Both the position numbers and the translations under genes were made by a program. From Deltaproteobacteria bacterium (lineage in GTDB: Bacteria > Lernaellota > Lernaellaia > JACKCT01): DNA of 64,000 nucleotides. Numbering within the stretch: position 1 is the first letter of the stretch; each line of letters starts with the position of its first letter. Of the stretch, positions 28,001 to 37,010 are shown one piece after another. The notes under the pieces are model-generated. The model made no database searches, was not told where the DNA came from, and saw only the letters and a list, made by a program, of their open reading frames with translations. The stretch spans positions 3,872 through 67,871 of the forward strand of contig JADLEX010000141.1 in assembly GCA_020845895.1 (NCBI GenBank), read 5' to 3'.

Positions 28001-29077
28001 GTGCATCGCGTGCTGTTCGAACTGCGTGACAACGTCGCCGCACTTATCGCGGGCGTCGTGCTGTCCGCGTTCTGGATTCTCTATCTTCGTCGGCGCACGT
28101 TCGAAAATCGCCGCGAACTCGCGATTTCGTGCGTCGGCCTCGCGATCTCGTCCGTGCTCGTGGGGTGGGCGATCTATATGTTCGCCCATTACAAGAAGGT
28201 CTTCGTTCAGGACCCCGCGTTCCATTTCAATCTGGAGCACGCCCTGACGTTCTTCCGAGGCGGGTACAGCTCCTATCCGATCCGCAGCTACAGCGTCGCC
28301 ATGGCGTCGGCGTTTGCCATCAACATCGCACTCCTCAATCGCCGCGCCCCCGCCGAGAACATCCAGGCGCAAACGGCCATGAACGCGGCGATCGCCACCA
28401 TCATCGGCACGCTCGCGGGTGGGCGCATTCTGTTCGTGGTCACGCAGTGGGCCGACTACGCCGACCAGCCGTGGAGATTGCTCGCGTTCTGGGAAGGCGG
28501 CCTTGTCTTCTACGGTGGCTTCATCGGCAGTTTCGTGTGCGTGATGTTCTACATGTGGGTCATCCGGCGCGAAAGGTTTCTGCCGCTGGGAGATCTGTTT
28601 TCGACCTACGCGGGCTTCGGCCTGGCCATTCACCGTTCGTTCGGATGCTTTATGAACGGGTGCTGTTACGGCCACCCCACGACCATGCCGTGGGGCGTGC
28701 GGTTTCCCATCGATCACCCCGGTACGAAGTTTTTCGGCGCCGAGGCGTACCTGCATCCGACGCAGCTCTACGAGACGCTCAACGGACTCATGTTGTTCGC
28801 GGTGTTGATGTGGTTCCGGCCGCGTCGAAAGTACTACGGCCAAAGCACTGCTCTGTTGCTCATGATCTACGCGGTCAACCGCTACATCATCGAGCTGTTC
28901 CGCGGCGACCTGCTGCGGGGTTCGGTCGGCGAGTTCTCGACGAGCCAGTTCATCAGCGTCTGGATGTTCGCCGCGGGCGCGGCGCTGATGGCTTACGCGT
29001 ATATCGCCAAACGCCCCGTTTGGCGTCCCGGCGCCTCCGAAACGCACGAACGGGCGGGCTCGGCGGTCACGGCCTGA
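28001..29077 (+). CDS. lgt: prolipoprotein diacylglyceryl transferase
   Basis: Lgt signature blocks (FWEGGLVFYGGFIG, GCFMNGCCYGHPT, YLHPTQLYE) with an N-terminal TM extension. Confidence 0.85.
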   Translation: MHRVLFELRDNVAALIAGVVLSAFWILYLRRRTFENRRELAISCVGLAISSVLVGWAIYMFAHYKKVFVQDPAFHFNLEHALTFFRGGYSSYPIRSYSVAMASAFAINIALLNRRAPAENIQAQTAMNAAIATIIGTLAGGRILFVVTQWADYADQPWRLLAFWEGGLVFYGGFIGSFVCVMFYMWVIRRERFLPLGDLFSTYAGFGLAIHRSFGCFMNGCCYGHPTTMPWGVRFPIDHPGTKFFGAEAYLHPTQLYETLNGLMLFAVLMWFRPRRKYYGQSTALLLMIYAVNRYIIELFRGDLLRGSVGEFSTSQFISVWMFAAGAALMAYAYIAKRPVWRPGASETHERAGSAVTA

Positions 29078-29894
29078 GTGCCGCGCGGCAATCCGCGACC
29101 GGTCTCCACTGCGCGGCGGCGTCGATCGTCATCACCGGTCCGTGATCGTTCTCGATGCGTCCGAACACCGCGACCGATCGACCGACGAGATCGTCTCCCG
29201 AAGGTTTCACGCCCGCGCCCGAGGCGATCCGCAGCCGCAATTCCGACTTCGCGCCGAGTCCGATCGCGATCGTTCCCGCCTGTCGCTCGATCGTCCTGAC
29301 GGGACCGCAGACGAAGCCCTGGTAACCGCCAAGGTCCGCCGCGTCTTCGGCCCGAATCGCGATGTCGGGAGCGAGTCTCCAGATGCCGCGGCGCGCGTCG
29401 AACGCCTCGACCGCCGCACCGAAATACGCCGCCAGCACGTCGGGCGACATGCACGCGCGATCGACGAACACACGGCCGAGCCCCATGCGGACGAGATCGA
29501 GAGCGAGGTCGCGCTCGCCGTCGAAGGGCGTACCCAGTGCTCGGCCGTAGTCGTCCTTTCCGCGTTTGGCGCAGGTCTCGATCCGCACGTCCTTTCCGGT
29601 GGTGAGCCGCGCGTTTTCGCGTTTCGCCGCCGCCCAGTAGGGGTCTTTTCGCTCCGGTGTATCCACACCCACGTAACGAACGCGCGCCCCGCCGGCGAGC
29701 TTGATGGTGTCGCCGTCCACGGCCTCCACCACGCGCACGAGTCCCGTGGGCGGCACGATAAATTCGCCCGTGCTCTTGCCGAGGATGTCGAAGGGAAGCG
29801 GGATATCGAGCGCGCGGGCGATCACATAGATCGCCGCGAACAGCGCGCCGACGAGCGCGCCGCCCCATCGCCACGTTGGCCTTCGTTTCGCCAC
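29067..29894 (-). CDS. membrane-anchored thermonuclease (staphylococcal nuclease/SNase homolog)
   Basis: GTG start after GGACGGAG. N-terminal TM anchor (WGGALVGALFAAIYVI). SNase core (VVEAVDGDTIKL...VRYVGVDTPE). Its 3' end overlaps the lgt 3' end convergently by approx. 11 nt. Confidence 0.7.
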   Translation of the reverse strand: MAKRRPTWRWGGALVGALFAAIYVIARALDIPLPFDILGKSTGEFIVPPTGLVRVVEAVDGDTIKLAGGARVRYVGVDTPERKDPYWAAAKRENARLTTGKDVRIETCAKRGKDDYGRALGTPFDGERDLALDLVRMGLGRVFVDRACMSPDVLAAYFGAAVEAFDARRGIWRLAPDIAIRAEDAADLGGYQGFVCGPVRTIERQAGTIAIGLGAKSELRLRIASGAGVKPSGDDLVGRSVAVFGRIENDHGPVMTIDAAAQWRPVADCRAALRP

Positions 29895-29910
29895 GACGCT
29901 CCGTCCGTTT

Positions 29911-32595
29911 TCAGTGAGCCTCGGCCCAGTTGTTTCCGTGACTCGTCTCCACCCTGAGCGGTGCATCGAGCTTCACGACGTTTTCCATCTCCTCGCGGAC
30001 GATCGTTGCGGCCTCGTCCACGAAGTGCGCATCGACCTCGAACACGAGCTCGTCGTGCACCTGAAGGATCATCGTCATCGGCGCGGCCTCGCGCGCGACG
30101 CGGGCGCGCAGGCGGACCATCGCCACTTTGATGATGTCCGCGGCGGAACCCTGAATCGGCGTGTTGACCGCGAGGCGTTCGCCGAAACTCTGAACCTGCC
30201 GGTTGCTCGCCACCAGTTCCGGTACGCGGCGGCGGCGGCCCATCATCGTGGTCACGAACCCCTTTTCGCGCGCGTCGGCAATGGTGCGTTCGATAAACGT
30301 CTTCACGCCGGCGAATCGCCCGAAGTAGGCGTCGATGAATTCCTGCGCGCGCTTGGTGCCGATCTCCAGATCTCGCCCCAGTCGAAACGCGCTCATGCCG
30401 TACACGATGCCGAAGTTGACGGCCTTGGCTTGTCGGCGCATCTCGGGGGTGACGGAGCCCAATTCGACTCCGAACACCTGCGCGGCGGTGCTGCGGTGGA
30501 TATCGCCGCCGGAGGCGAAGGCGTCCAGCATCGCCGCGTCGCCCGACAGGTGCGCAAGGATGCGCAGCTCCACCTGCGAGTAGTCCGCCGAAAGAAGCAC
30601 GCGGCCTTCGGGCGCGACGAACCCCTCGCGAATGCGCCGCCCCTGTTTCGTTCGGATCGGGATGTTTTGCAGATTGGGATCGGACGACGAGAGCCGCCCC
30701 GTCGCGGCCACGGCCTGATTGAAGCTCGTGTGGACGCGTCCCGTGCGGGGGTTGATCATCGACGGCAGCGCGTCGATATACGTGCTCTTGAGCTTGTGGA
30801 ACGCCCGGTATTCGAGCAGCAGCTTGGGAACGACATGCTTGTCGGCGAGCGACTCGAGCACGGTGACGTCGGTCGAGTAGCCCGTCTTCGTCTTCTTTCC
30901 CGACGGGAGACCGAGCTTCTCGAACAGAATCTCCCCAACCTGTTTCGGGCTGTTGAGGTTGAAGGGACCGCCCGCGGCCTGGTGGATCTCGGCCTCCAGT
31001 CGGACGAGTTCGCCGTCGGCTTCTTTCGAAAGTCCGCGAAAGAACACGGGATCGATCAGCACGCCCGCCATCTCCATGTCGACGAGCACGTCGATGAGCG
31101 GCATCTCCATCTCGCGCAGGAGCCGGTCGAATCCCTCGCGTTCGATCAGCGGCGCGAGCAGCCGGTAGAGTTCCCATGTCACGTGTGCGTCTTCGGCGGC
31201 GTAATCGCGCGCCATGTCGAGCGGCACCTCGGCAAAACCCTTCTGATCCTTGCCGCTGCCGGTGACGTCCTTGAACTTGATCGTGCGGTGGCCGAGGTAT
31301 TTCGACGCGAGCACGTCCATGCCGTGGCTGTCGGCCTCGGGCTCCAGCAGGTAGCTCGCCACCATCGTGTCGAAGTCCACGCCACGCAGATCAACCCCCG
31401 CGCGGCGAAACACGATCTGGTCGTACTTGATGTTTTGGCCGACCTTGCGCACGGATGCGTCGGTGAGCAACGGACGCAGCGCGTCGAGCGCCTCGGCGAG
31501 CGAAATCTGCGCCGGCACGCCGAGGTAATGGTGCGCGACGGGCAGATAGAACGCCTCGCGGCCGTCGCAGCAAAACGACATGCCGACGATATCGGCCCGC
31601 GTGGGGTGCTCGCTCGTGGTTTCGGTGTCGAGCGCGAACTCCCCCGCCGCGCGCATTTTGCCGATCATCTCATTAAGTGTTTCGCGATCCGTCACGAGAC
31701 GGTAGCCGTCGCGCGAGAGTTGCCCGCTCGATTCGACCTGCGCGGGAACGGCCTGAAGGTCGGACAGCAGCCGCGACATTTCGAGGCGTCCGAGAAACTC
31801 GCCGAGCTTTTCGCGGTCGGTGGGCGTCAGACGCAGCTCGTCGAAACCCATCCCGAGATCGAGCCCGCGCTCGATGGTCACGAGGCGTCGGGCGAGGCGC
31901 GCCGCTTCGACATTCTCCATCACCTTCTCGGCGAGCTTGCCCTTGATCTTGGCCGCGTTTTCGAGCACTGCGTCGAACGAACCGAATTCATCGAGCAGTT
32001 TGACGGCGGTCTTCTCACCGACGCCGGGAATGCCCGGCACGTTATCCGACGTGTCGCCCGCCAGCGCGAGCACCTCGACCACGCGCTCGGGCCCGCCGCC
32101 GAATCGCTCCTTCAGGTCGTCGGGTCCCGTCCACACATCCTTCATCGGGTCGTACATGCGCACGCGCTCGGCCAGGAGCTGGCACAAATCCTTGTCCGAC
32201 GAGACGATCACCACCTCGAACCCGCTCTCGGCGCCGCGGTCGGCGAGTGTGCCGATGACGTCATCCGCCTCGAAGCCGGCCCGCTCGATTCGCGGCCAAC
32301 CGAAAGCGTCGACGAGCTCGCGGATCAGGCCGAACTGCGGCACGAGGTCGTCGGGCGGCGCGTCGCGATTCGCCTTGTAGTCGGGATAAATCTCGTGGCG
32401 AAACGTCGGCTCCTTGGTGTCGAAGACGACCGCGACGTGCGTCGGCGCATGGTCGCGCAGCAGTTTCATCATCATCGTCGCGAATCCGAATACCGCGTTC
32501 GTCGGCACGCCCGTGGACGTGCTCAGTCGTCGCACGCCGTAGAACGCGCGGAAGATGAAACCGGATCCGTCGATCAGGAACAGGCGCTGGGACAT
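29911..32595 (-). CDS. polA: DNA polymerase I
   Basis: 894 aa. 5'-3' exonuclease N-terminus (LFLIDGSGFIFRAFY), 3'-5' exonuclease region, and polymerase motifs (RRQAKAVNFGIVYG, ILQVHDELVFE). Confidence 0.95.
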   Translation of the reverse strand: MSQRLFLIDGSGFIFRAFYGVRRLSTSTGVPTNAVFGFATMMMKLLRDHAPTHVAVVFDTKEPTFRHEIYPDYKANRDAPPDDLVPQFGLIRELVDAFGWPRIERAGFEADDVIGTLADRGAESGFEVVIVSSDKDLCQLLAERVRMYDPMKDVWTGPDDLKERFGGGPERVVEVLALAGDTSDNVPGIPGVGEKTAVKLLDEFGSFDAVLENAAKIKGKLAEKVMENVEAARLARRLVTIERGLDLGMGFDELRLTPTDREKLGEFLGRLEMSRLLSDLQAVPAQVESSGQLSRDGYRLVTDRETLNEMIGKMRAAGEFALDTETTSEHPTRADIVGMSFCCDGREAFYLPVAHHYLGVPAQISLAEALDALRPLLTDASVRKVGQNIKYDQIVFRRAGVDLRGVDFDTMVASYLLEPEADSHGMDVLASKYLGHRTIKFKDVTGSGKDQKGFAEVPLDMARDYAAEDAHVTWELYRLLAPLIEREGFDRLLREMEMPLIDVLVDMEMAGVLIDPVFFRGLSKEADGELVRLEAEIHQAAGGPFNLNSPKQVGEILFEKLGLPSGKKTKTGYSTDVTVLESLADKHVVPKLLLEYRAFHKLKSTYIDALPSMINPRTGRVHTSFNQAVAATGRLSSSDPNLQNIPIRTKQGRRIREGFVAPEGRVLLSADYSQVELRILAHLSGDAAMLDAFASGGDIHRSTAAQVFGVELGSVTPEMRRQAKAVNFGIVYGMSAFRLGRDLEIGTKRAQEFIDAYFGRFAGVKTFIERTIADAREKGFVTTMMGRRRRVPELVASNRQVQSFGERLAVNTPIQGSAADIIKVAMVRLRARVAREAAPMTMILQVHDELVFEVDAHFVDEAATIVREEMENVVKLDAPLRVETSHGNNWAEAH

Positions 32596-32620
32596 TTGGG
32601 CTCCGGGGCGCGGCGCGCCG

Positions 32621-34093
32621 TTACACGGCCATCGGGAAGGTGACGGTGAACGCGGTGCGTCGGCCGGGATTCGACTCGACGGAGATGTGACCCTTGTGCC
32701 GATCCACGATGTTCGCGACGACGTAGAGCCCGAGGCCGAGTTGGTCGCTCCGGTTCTTCGTCGTGAAGAACGGGTCGAAGATCTTCGCCGTCTCGTCTTC
32801 GTTGAGCCCCTCGCCGTTGTCGGTCACGACGAGATTCACGCCGGCGTTACGGATCTGCGTTTCCACCGTGACCGCGCCGTTGCGTTCGGGGCATGCGTCG
32901 GCGGCGTTGGCGACGAGATTGACGATGATTTGTTCGATCTGCGAGGGCACGCCGAGGATGCGCGGTTCGGCCGGGTCGTAGCTCGCGACGAATTTGACGT
33001 TGCGTTTCTTCATCTCGTACGCCATCAACCCGACGACACGCGAAACCATCGTGTTCAGGTCCACCTCGACGAATCGCTGTTCGGGGTGCGGACGAACGGC
33101 GTCCTCGACATTCTGGAGCAGCGCTTTCATACGCGACGCGTTGGCCAGAACTTTTTTGAGCGTCTCTTTGAGTTTCGCCTCCGCGGGCAACGACTTGGAG
33201 AGCAGTAGGATTTCGATTTCCGAGATCACCATGGTCAGCGGCGAACGCAGTTCATGAAGATTGCCGGCCGCGAGCCGCGCGACCACGAGCACCTTTTCCA
33301 TTTTCAGGAGATCGCCGCGCGCGGACTGCGCCGCCTCTTCGCTCGCTTTCAGGCGGTCCACGAGCGTCGACAGGTCGTGGAAGCTCGCGAGCAGGGCCTG
33401 ATTCGCGTCCGAAAGCTGGTTCCGGCGACGCTCGATCGTGAGGTGCAGCCGCTGAACCTGTTCATAGAGATACATGAGCAGCAGGATCGTGAAGAGCGAA
33501 AAAAAGCCGACGACGGCGAGAGTGGTCGAAATGTACGCCGAATTGAACAGGTCCTCGGCCGAGGTGTCGCGCGCGGAGAACGCGATCGCGCGGGGAATGA
33601 TCTCGGTGAGAAGCAGCCCTTCGAGCAGGGCGTAGACCGCTGTCGCACCGAGGCTGACTGTCAGGACGTACGACACCTGGCCGACGAAGACCGCACCCAT
33701 GATGAGCATGAGGTACAGAACGGTCATCGGGCTCGCGGTGCCGCCGGTCCGCCAGACGAGCGCCGAGATCGCGAGGATCTCGAGCGTGTTGACGAATCCC
33801 ATCCAGCGAAGGGGCCGGGTTTCCGTGCGCAGTCGACGGAGCGAATAGATGTAGCCCGCGAATGCGAGCGCGAAACCGGCGTGGAACAGGGGATCGGAAC
33901 CCGCCGCCCAGCCGGGATTGCTCGGAAGCGTCACGCACAGCCAAACGAAAATGGCGATGCCGATCCGGACGGCGATCGACAGAATCAGAACCTGCCGCGT
34001 GCGATATTCCCGGGAGAATTGTTCGGCGTTGTCCAGCTCGGTGACGTTCACGAAGCCCTTTCCGCCCGTTCGTTCAGGAGTTCGGCGGAGCAA
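32621..34093 (-). CDS. membrane sensor histidine kinase (HisKA + HATPase_c)
   Basis: 490 aa. Approx. 6 N-terminal TM segments, H-box (NLHELRSPLTMVISEIE), N/G boxes (IVNLVANAADA, DNGEGL, GLGLYV). Confidence 0.85.
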   Translation of the reverse strand: MLRRTPERTGGKGFVNVTELDNAEQFSREYRTRQVLILSIAVRIGIAIFVWLCVTLPSNPGWAAGSDPLFHAGFALAFAGYIYSLRRLRTETRPLRWMGFVNTLEILAISALVWRTGGTASPMTVLYLMLIMGAVFVGQVSYVLTVSLGATAVYALLEGLLLTEIIPRAIAFSARDTSAEDLFNSAYISTTLAVVGFFSLFTILLLMYLYEQVQRLHLTIERRRNQLSDANQALLASFHDLSTLVDRLKASEEAAQSARGDLLKMEKVLVVARLAAGNLHELRSPLTMVISEIEILLLSKSLPAEAKLKETLKKVLANASRMKALLQNVEDAVRPHPEQRFVEVDLNTMVSRVVGLMAYEMKKRNVKFVASYDPAEPRILGVPSQIEQIIVNLVANAADACPERNGAVTVETQIRNAGVNLVVTDNGEGLNEDETAKIFDPFFTTKNRSDQLGLGLYVVANIVDRHKGHISVESNPGRRTAFTVTFPMAV

Positions 34094-34320
34094 ACGCTCC
34101 TTGGCCTGCGATGGGACGAAAGTTCCGGGATCTGGCGATGACCGAGGGGTAGAATACCGGGTTTGGCCGAAGGTTCAAGAGCCGGTCGCCGGGAGAGATG
34201 GTCCCCGGCGTTGCCGGACGGAATTCCTTGCCTTCCCGGTCGACTTTGATGTAGATTTCGGCCCGATTTGAAGACCCGTTCAAATCGTTTTCCGGGTCGG
34301 TCCCGAAAAAGGAGTGCGCG

Positions 34321-35562
34321 ATGAGCAACCTGGCGATCCGCGGAGGAACCCCGCTACGCAATGATCCGTGGCCCACGTGGCCTCCCTACACCGAACGTGA
34401 GCGCGAGTTCCTGAATCTGGTGCTCGATTCCCGGAACTGGGGCGGATACCCTTCACCGAACTTTCAGGCCCGTCACTTCGCCGAGGAATACGCGAAGTAC
34501 GCCGGCGCGAAATACGGCATTTGCGCGGCCAACGGAACCGTGACGCTGGAAATCGCGTTGCGCGCGCTGGGCATTGCGGCGGGCGACGAGGTCATCGTGC
34601 CCGCCACGTCGTGGGTGGCGACCGCCGCGTGCGCCGTATACCTCAACGCCGTGCCCGTTTTCGTCGACATCAAGCCGATGAACTTCACGATCGACTGCGA
34701 CCTGATCGAGGCCGCGATCACGCCGAAGACCCGGGCGATCATCGCGGTGCACCTGGGCTCGACCATCGCCGACCTCGACCGGCTGACCGAGATCGCCAAG
34801 AAGCACGGACTCGCGCTCATCGAGGACTGTGCCCACATGCACGGCGGCGAGTGGCGCGGGCGCGGCGTCGGCTCCATCGGCGACCTGGGCAGCTTCAGCT
34901 TCCAGTCGAGCAAGCTCATGACCGCGGGGGAGGGCGGTTTGATCCTCACGTCCGATCCCGTGCTCGAGCAAAAATGCCAGAGCCTCGTGAACTGCGGACG
35001 CAAGGAGCCGGGCTACGATGAATTCGACGGGCGGCTCTTCGGATGGAACTATCGCATCAGCGAGTTCCAGGCCGCGGTGCTGCGCGCGCAGCTCGAAGCC
35101 TTGCCCGAACGCACCAAGCTGCGTGCGGAAAACGGCGCATACCTGACCGAACAGCTTCGCAAGATCCCGGGCATCGGCGTGATCGAGCGCGATCCGCGCA
35201 TCACCACGCAGGCGCACTACCAGTTCATCTTCACCTATGACAAGAACGAATTCGCCGGCGTGCACCGCGACAAGTTCATCGAGGCGTGCGAGGCCGAGGG
35301 CCTGCACCTCGACGGCGCGTTCTACAAACCGATGTATGCGAATTCGCTGTTCGCCGCGAAGACGGGCGAGTGGCCGATGCTGCGCGAGCGCTACGGCGAC
35401 GGCATCACGAAGGAATCGGCGAACACGCCCGTGGCATGGGAATTCGCGCTGGAAACCGGCGTGTGGATGCACTATCCCAAACTGATGGGCACGAAAAAGG
35501 ATGTGGACGACATCGTCGCGATCATCCGCAAGGTGCGCGAAAACGCGACCGAGTTGCGGTAG
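34321..35562 (+). CDS. DegT/DnrJ/EryC1/StrS-family PLP-dependent aminotransferase (sugar/inosose aminotransferase type)
   Basis: 413 aa. Family blocks (GDEVIVPATSWVAT, SFQSSKLMTAGEGG with the PLP lysine, FGWNYRISEFQAAV). Confidence 0.85.
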   Translation: MSNLAIRGGTPLRNDPWPTWPPYTEREREFLNLVLDSRNWGGYPSPNFQARHFAEEYAKYAGAKYGICAANGTVTLEIALRALGIAAGDEVIVPATSWVATAACAVYLNAVPVFVDIKPMNFTIDCDLIEAAITPKTRAIIAVHLGSTIADLDRLTEIAKKHGLALIEDCAHMHGGEWRGRGVGSIGDLGSFSFQSSKLMTAGEGGLILTSDPVLEQKCQSLVNCGRKEPGYDEFDGRLFGWNYRISEFQAAVLRAQLEALPERTKLRAENGAYLTEQLRKIPGIGVIERDPRITTQAHYQFIFTYDKNEFAGVHRDKFIEACEAEGLHLDGAFYKPMYANSLFAAKTGEWPMLRERYGDGITKESANTPVAWEFALETGVWMHYPKLMGTKKDVDDIVAIIRKVRENATELR

Positions 35563-35661
35563 ATCACTCGTCAGGAAGAGCGAATCGACTCAGAATCGGG
35601 GCGGTCTTCGGACCGCCCCGCGTATTTCCGGCGCGGACGCCCCGACGACACGGATATTCCC

Positions 35662-36450
35662 ATGACGCAGCTCGCCGATATTCAGAATTCCCGCGACGAA
35701 CGCGCCCTGCCGATCAACAAAGTCGGCGTGAAGGGGCTTCGCTATCCCATCGTGGTGCGCGACAAGGCCCACGGACGCCAGCACACGGTCGGCACCTTTC
35801 GCATGGCCGTCAATCTCCCCGGGCACTTCAAGGGCACGCACATGTCGCGCTTCGTCGAGGTGCTCGAGCGCCATCAATCGAGCATCTCGCTGCGCGAGTT
35901 TCGCGCGATGTGCGCCGAGATCAAACAGGCGCTCACCGCGACCGAGGCGCATGTAGCCGTGGAGTTTCCGTACTTCGTGGAAAAGACGGCGCCGCGCTCC
36001 GGTGCGCCGGGGCTGGTGAGTTATGCCTGCTCGATCGAGGCGAGCCTGAACCACGAATTCGACATGGTGCTCGGCATCGTGATCCCCGTGCAGACGCTGT
36101 GCCCGTGCAGCAAGGAACTGGCGAAGGTGTCGGCCCACACGCAGCGCGGCGAAATCACCGTACGGGTTCGTTTCCGCGAGTTCGTGTGGATCGAGGATCT
36201 GATCGCGCTGATGGAAGAGTGTGCATCGAGCCCGATCTGGTCGGTGCTGGAGCCGGAAGACGCCGACTTCGTCACGCGCCACGCGTTCGAGCATCCGGCC
36301 TTCGTCGAGGACGTGGTCCGCGAAGCGGCGCTGCGTCTGCGCGCGCACCCGGCGATCACGTGGTTTTCGGTCGAGGCCGAAAACTTCGAGAGCATCCACA
36401 ACCACAGCGCGTACGCGAATATCGAGATGGCGGACGAAGGAATTGGGTGA
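35662..36450 (+). CDS. folE2: GTP cyclohydrolase I type 2 (FolE2/MptA, DUF198)
   Basis: 262 aa. FolE2 blocks (INKVGVKGLRYPI, HMSRF, PVQTLCPCSKE). Confidence 0.85.
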   Translation: MTQLADIQNSRDERALPINKVGVKGLRYPIVVRDKAHGRQHTVGTFRMAVNLPGHFKGTHMSRFVEVLERHQSSISLREFRAMCAEIKQALTATEAHVAVEFPYFVEKTAPRSGAPGLVSYACSIEASLNHEFDMVLGIVIPVQTLCPCSKELAKVSAHTQRGEITVRVRFREFVWIEDLIALMEECASSPIWSVLEPEDADFVTRHAFEHPAFVEDVVREAALRLRAHPAITWFSVEAENFESIHNHSAYANIEMADEGIG

Positions 36451-36503
36451 TCCTTGATGACGAGGCTGCCAAGTCGTACGATGGCCCGAGTGCTGGAGGC
36501 CAT

Positions 36504-36731
36504 ATGAACGCCGCGCGGGAAACCGCTTTGAAAGACATTCGAAACCGCGTGTTCTCGCTCGACGAAGACGGGCTTTGGGATCTCGTCGTTTCGCTGTTCC
36601 CGGACGCGGCCGAGGAAACGCGCGAAGACATCTACGATGCCCTGCTTTCCGCGGCCCGAAAGGAAAACCTCGCCCGGAGCGCGGACGACGTCTTCGCTGA
36701 GGAGGACCGACGCCGGGGAATCACTCGGTGA
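36504..36731 (+). CDS. putative type II antitoxin (addiction-module component, TIGR02574-like)
   Basis: 75-aa ORF (MNAARETALKDIRNRVF...DDVFAEEDRRRGITR) preceded by GGAGG. It is the real tail of a longer alternate-frame ORF. Its stop overlaps the toxin GTG (GTGA). The acidic/helical composition is typical of these antitoxins. Confidence 0.5.
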   Translation: MNAARETALKDIRNRVFSLDEDGLWDLVVSLFPDAAEETREDIYDALLSAARKENLARSADDVFAEEDRRRGITR

Positions 36732-36982
36732 GTTATCGAGTCAGCTTTCATCCGTCCGCACAAAAAGAGCTCTCCCGCCTTCCGAACGACATTTTCGAAC
36801 GAGTGCGTACGAAGATTCTGGCCCTGTCGGAAAATCCACGGCCGGACAACTCGCGAAAACTGGTCGGAAGCCGGGACTGGCGCATCCGTGTGGGGACGTG
36901 GCGAGTCGTTTACCGCATCGACGACGACGCGCGAGAGATCACCATCACCGTGATCGGACATCGACGCGAGGTGTATCGATAG
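36728..36982 (+). CDS. RelE/ParE-family type II toxin
   Basis: 84 aa. RelE/ParE-like features (SFHPSAQKEL, WRIRVGTWRVVYRIDDDAREITITVIGHRREVY). Confidence 0.75.
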   Translation: MSYRVSFHPSAQKELSRLPNDIFERVRTKILALSENPRPDNSRKLVGSRDWRIRVGTWRVVYRIDDDAREITITVIGHRREVYR

Positions 36983-37010
36983 GCAGTTCGCCGACCGTTT
37001 TTAGCCCGAG

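Noticed and set aside
29914-32643. 909-aa plus-strand ORF
   Set aside because: Antisense to polA, which is unambiguous. R/A/G/E/V low-complexity composition.
34074-34376. 100-aa minus-strand ORF in the histidine-kinase / DegT intergenic region
   Set aside because: No RBS and biased composition. It overlaps the start of the DegT aminotransferase on the other strand and the region is more likely promoter sequence.
35286-36503. Bulk of the 481-aa plus-strand ORF overlapping folE2 in another frame
   Set aside because: It overlaps the well-supported folE2 reading frame. Only its last 75 codons, after an internal Met with a GGAGG RBS, make sense, as the antitoxin of the adjacent RelE/ParE toxin.
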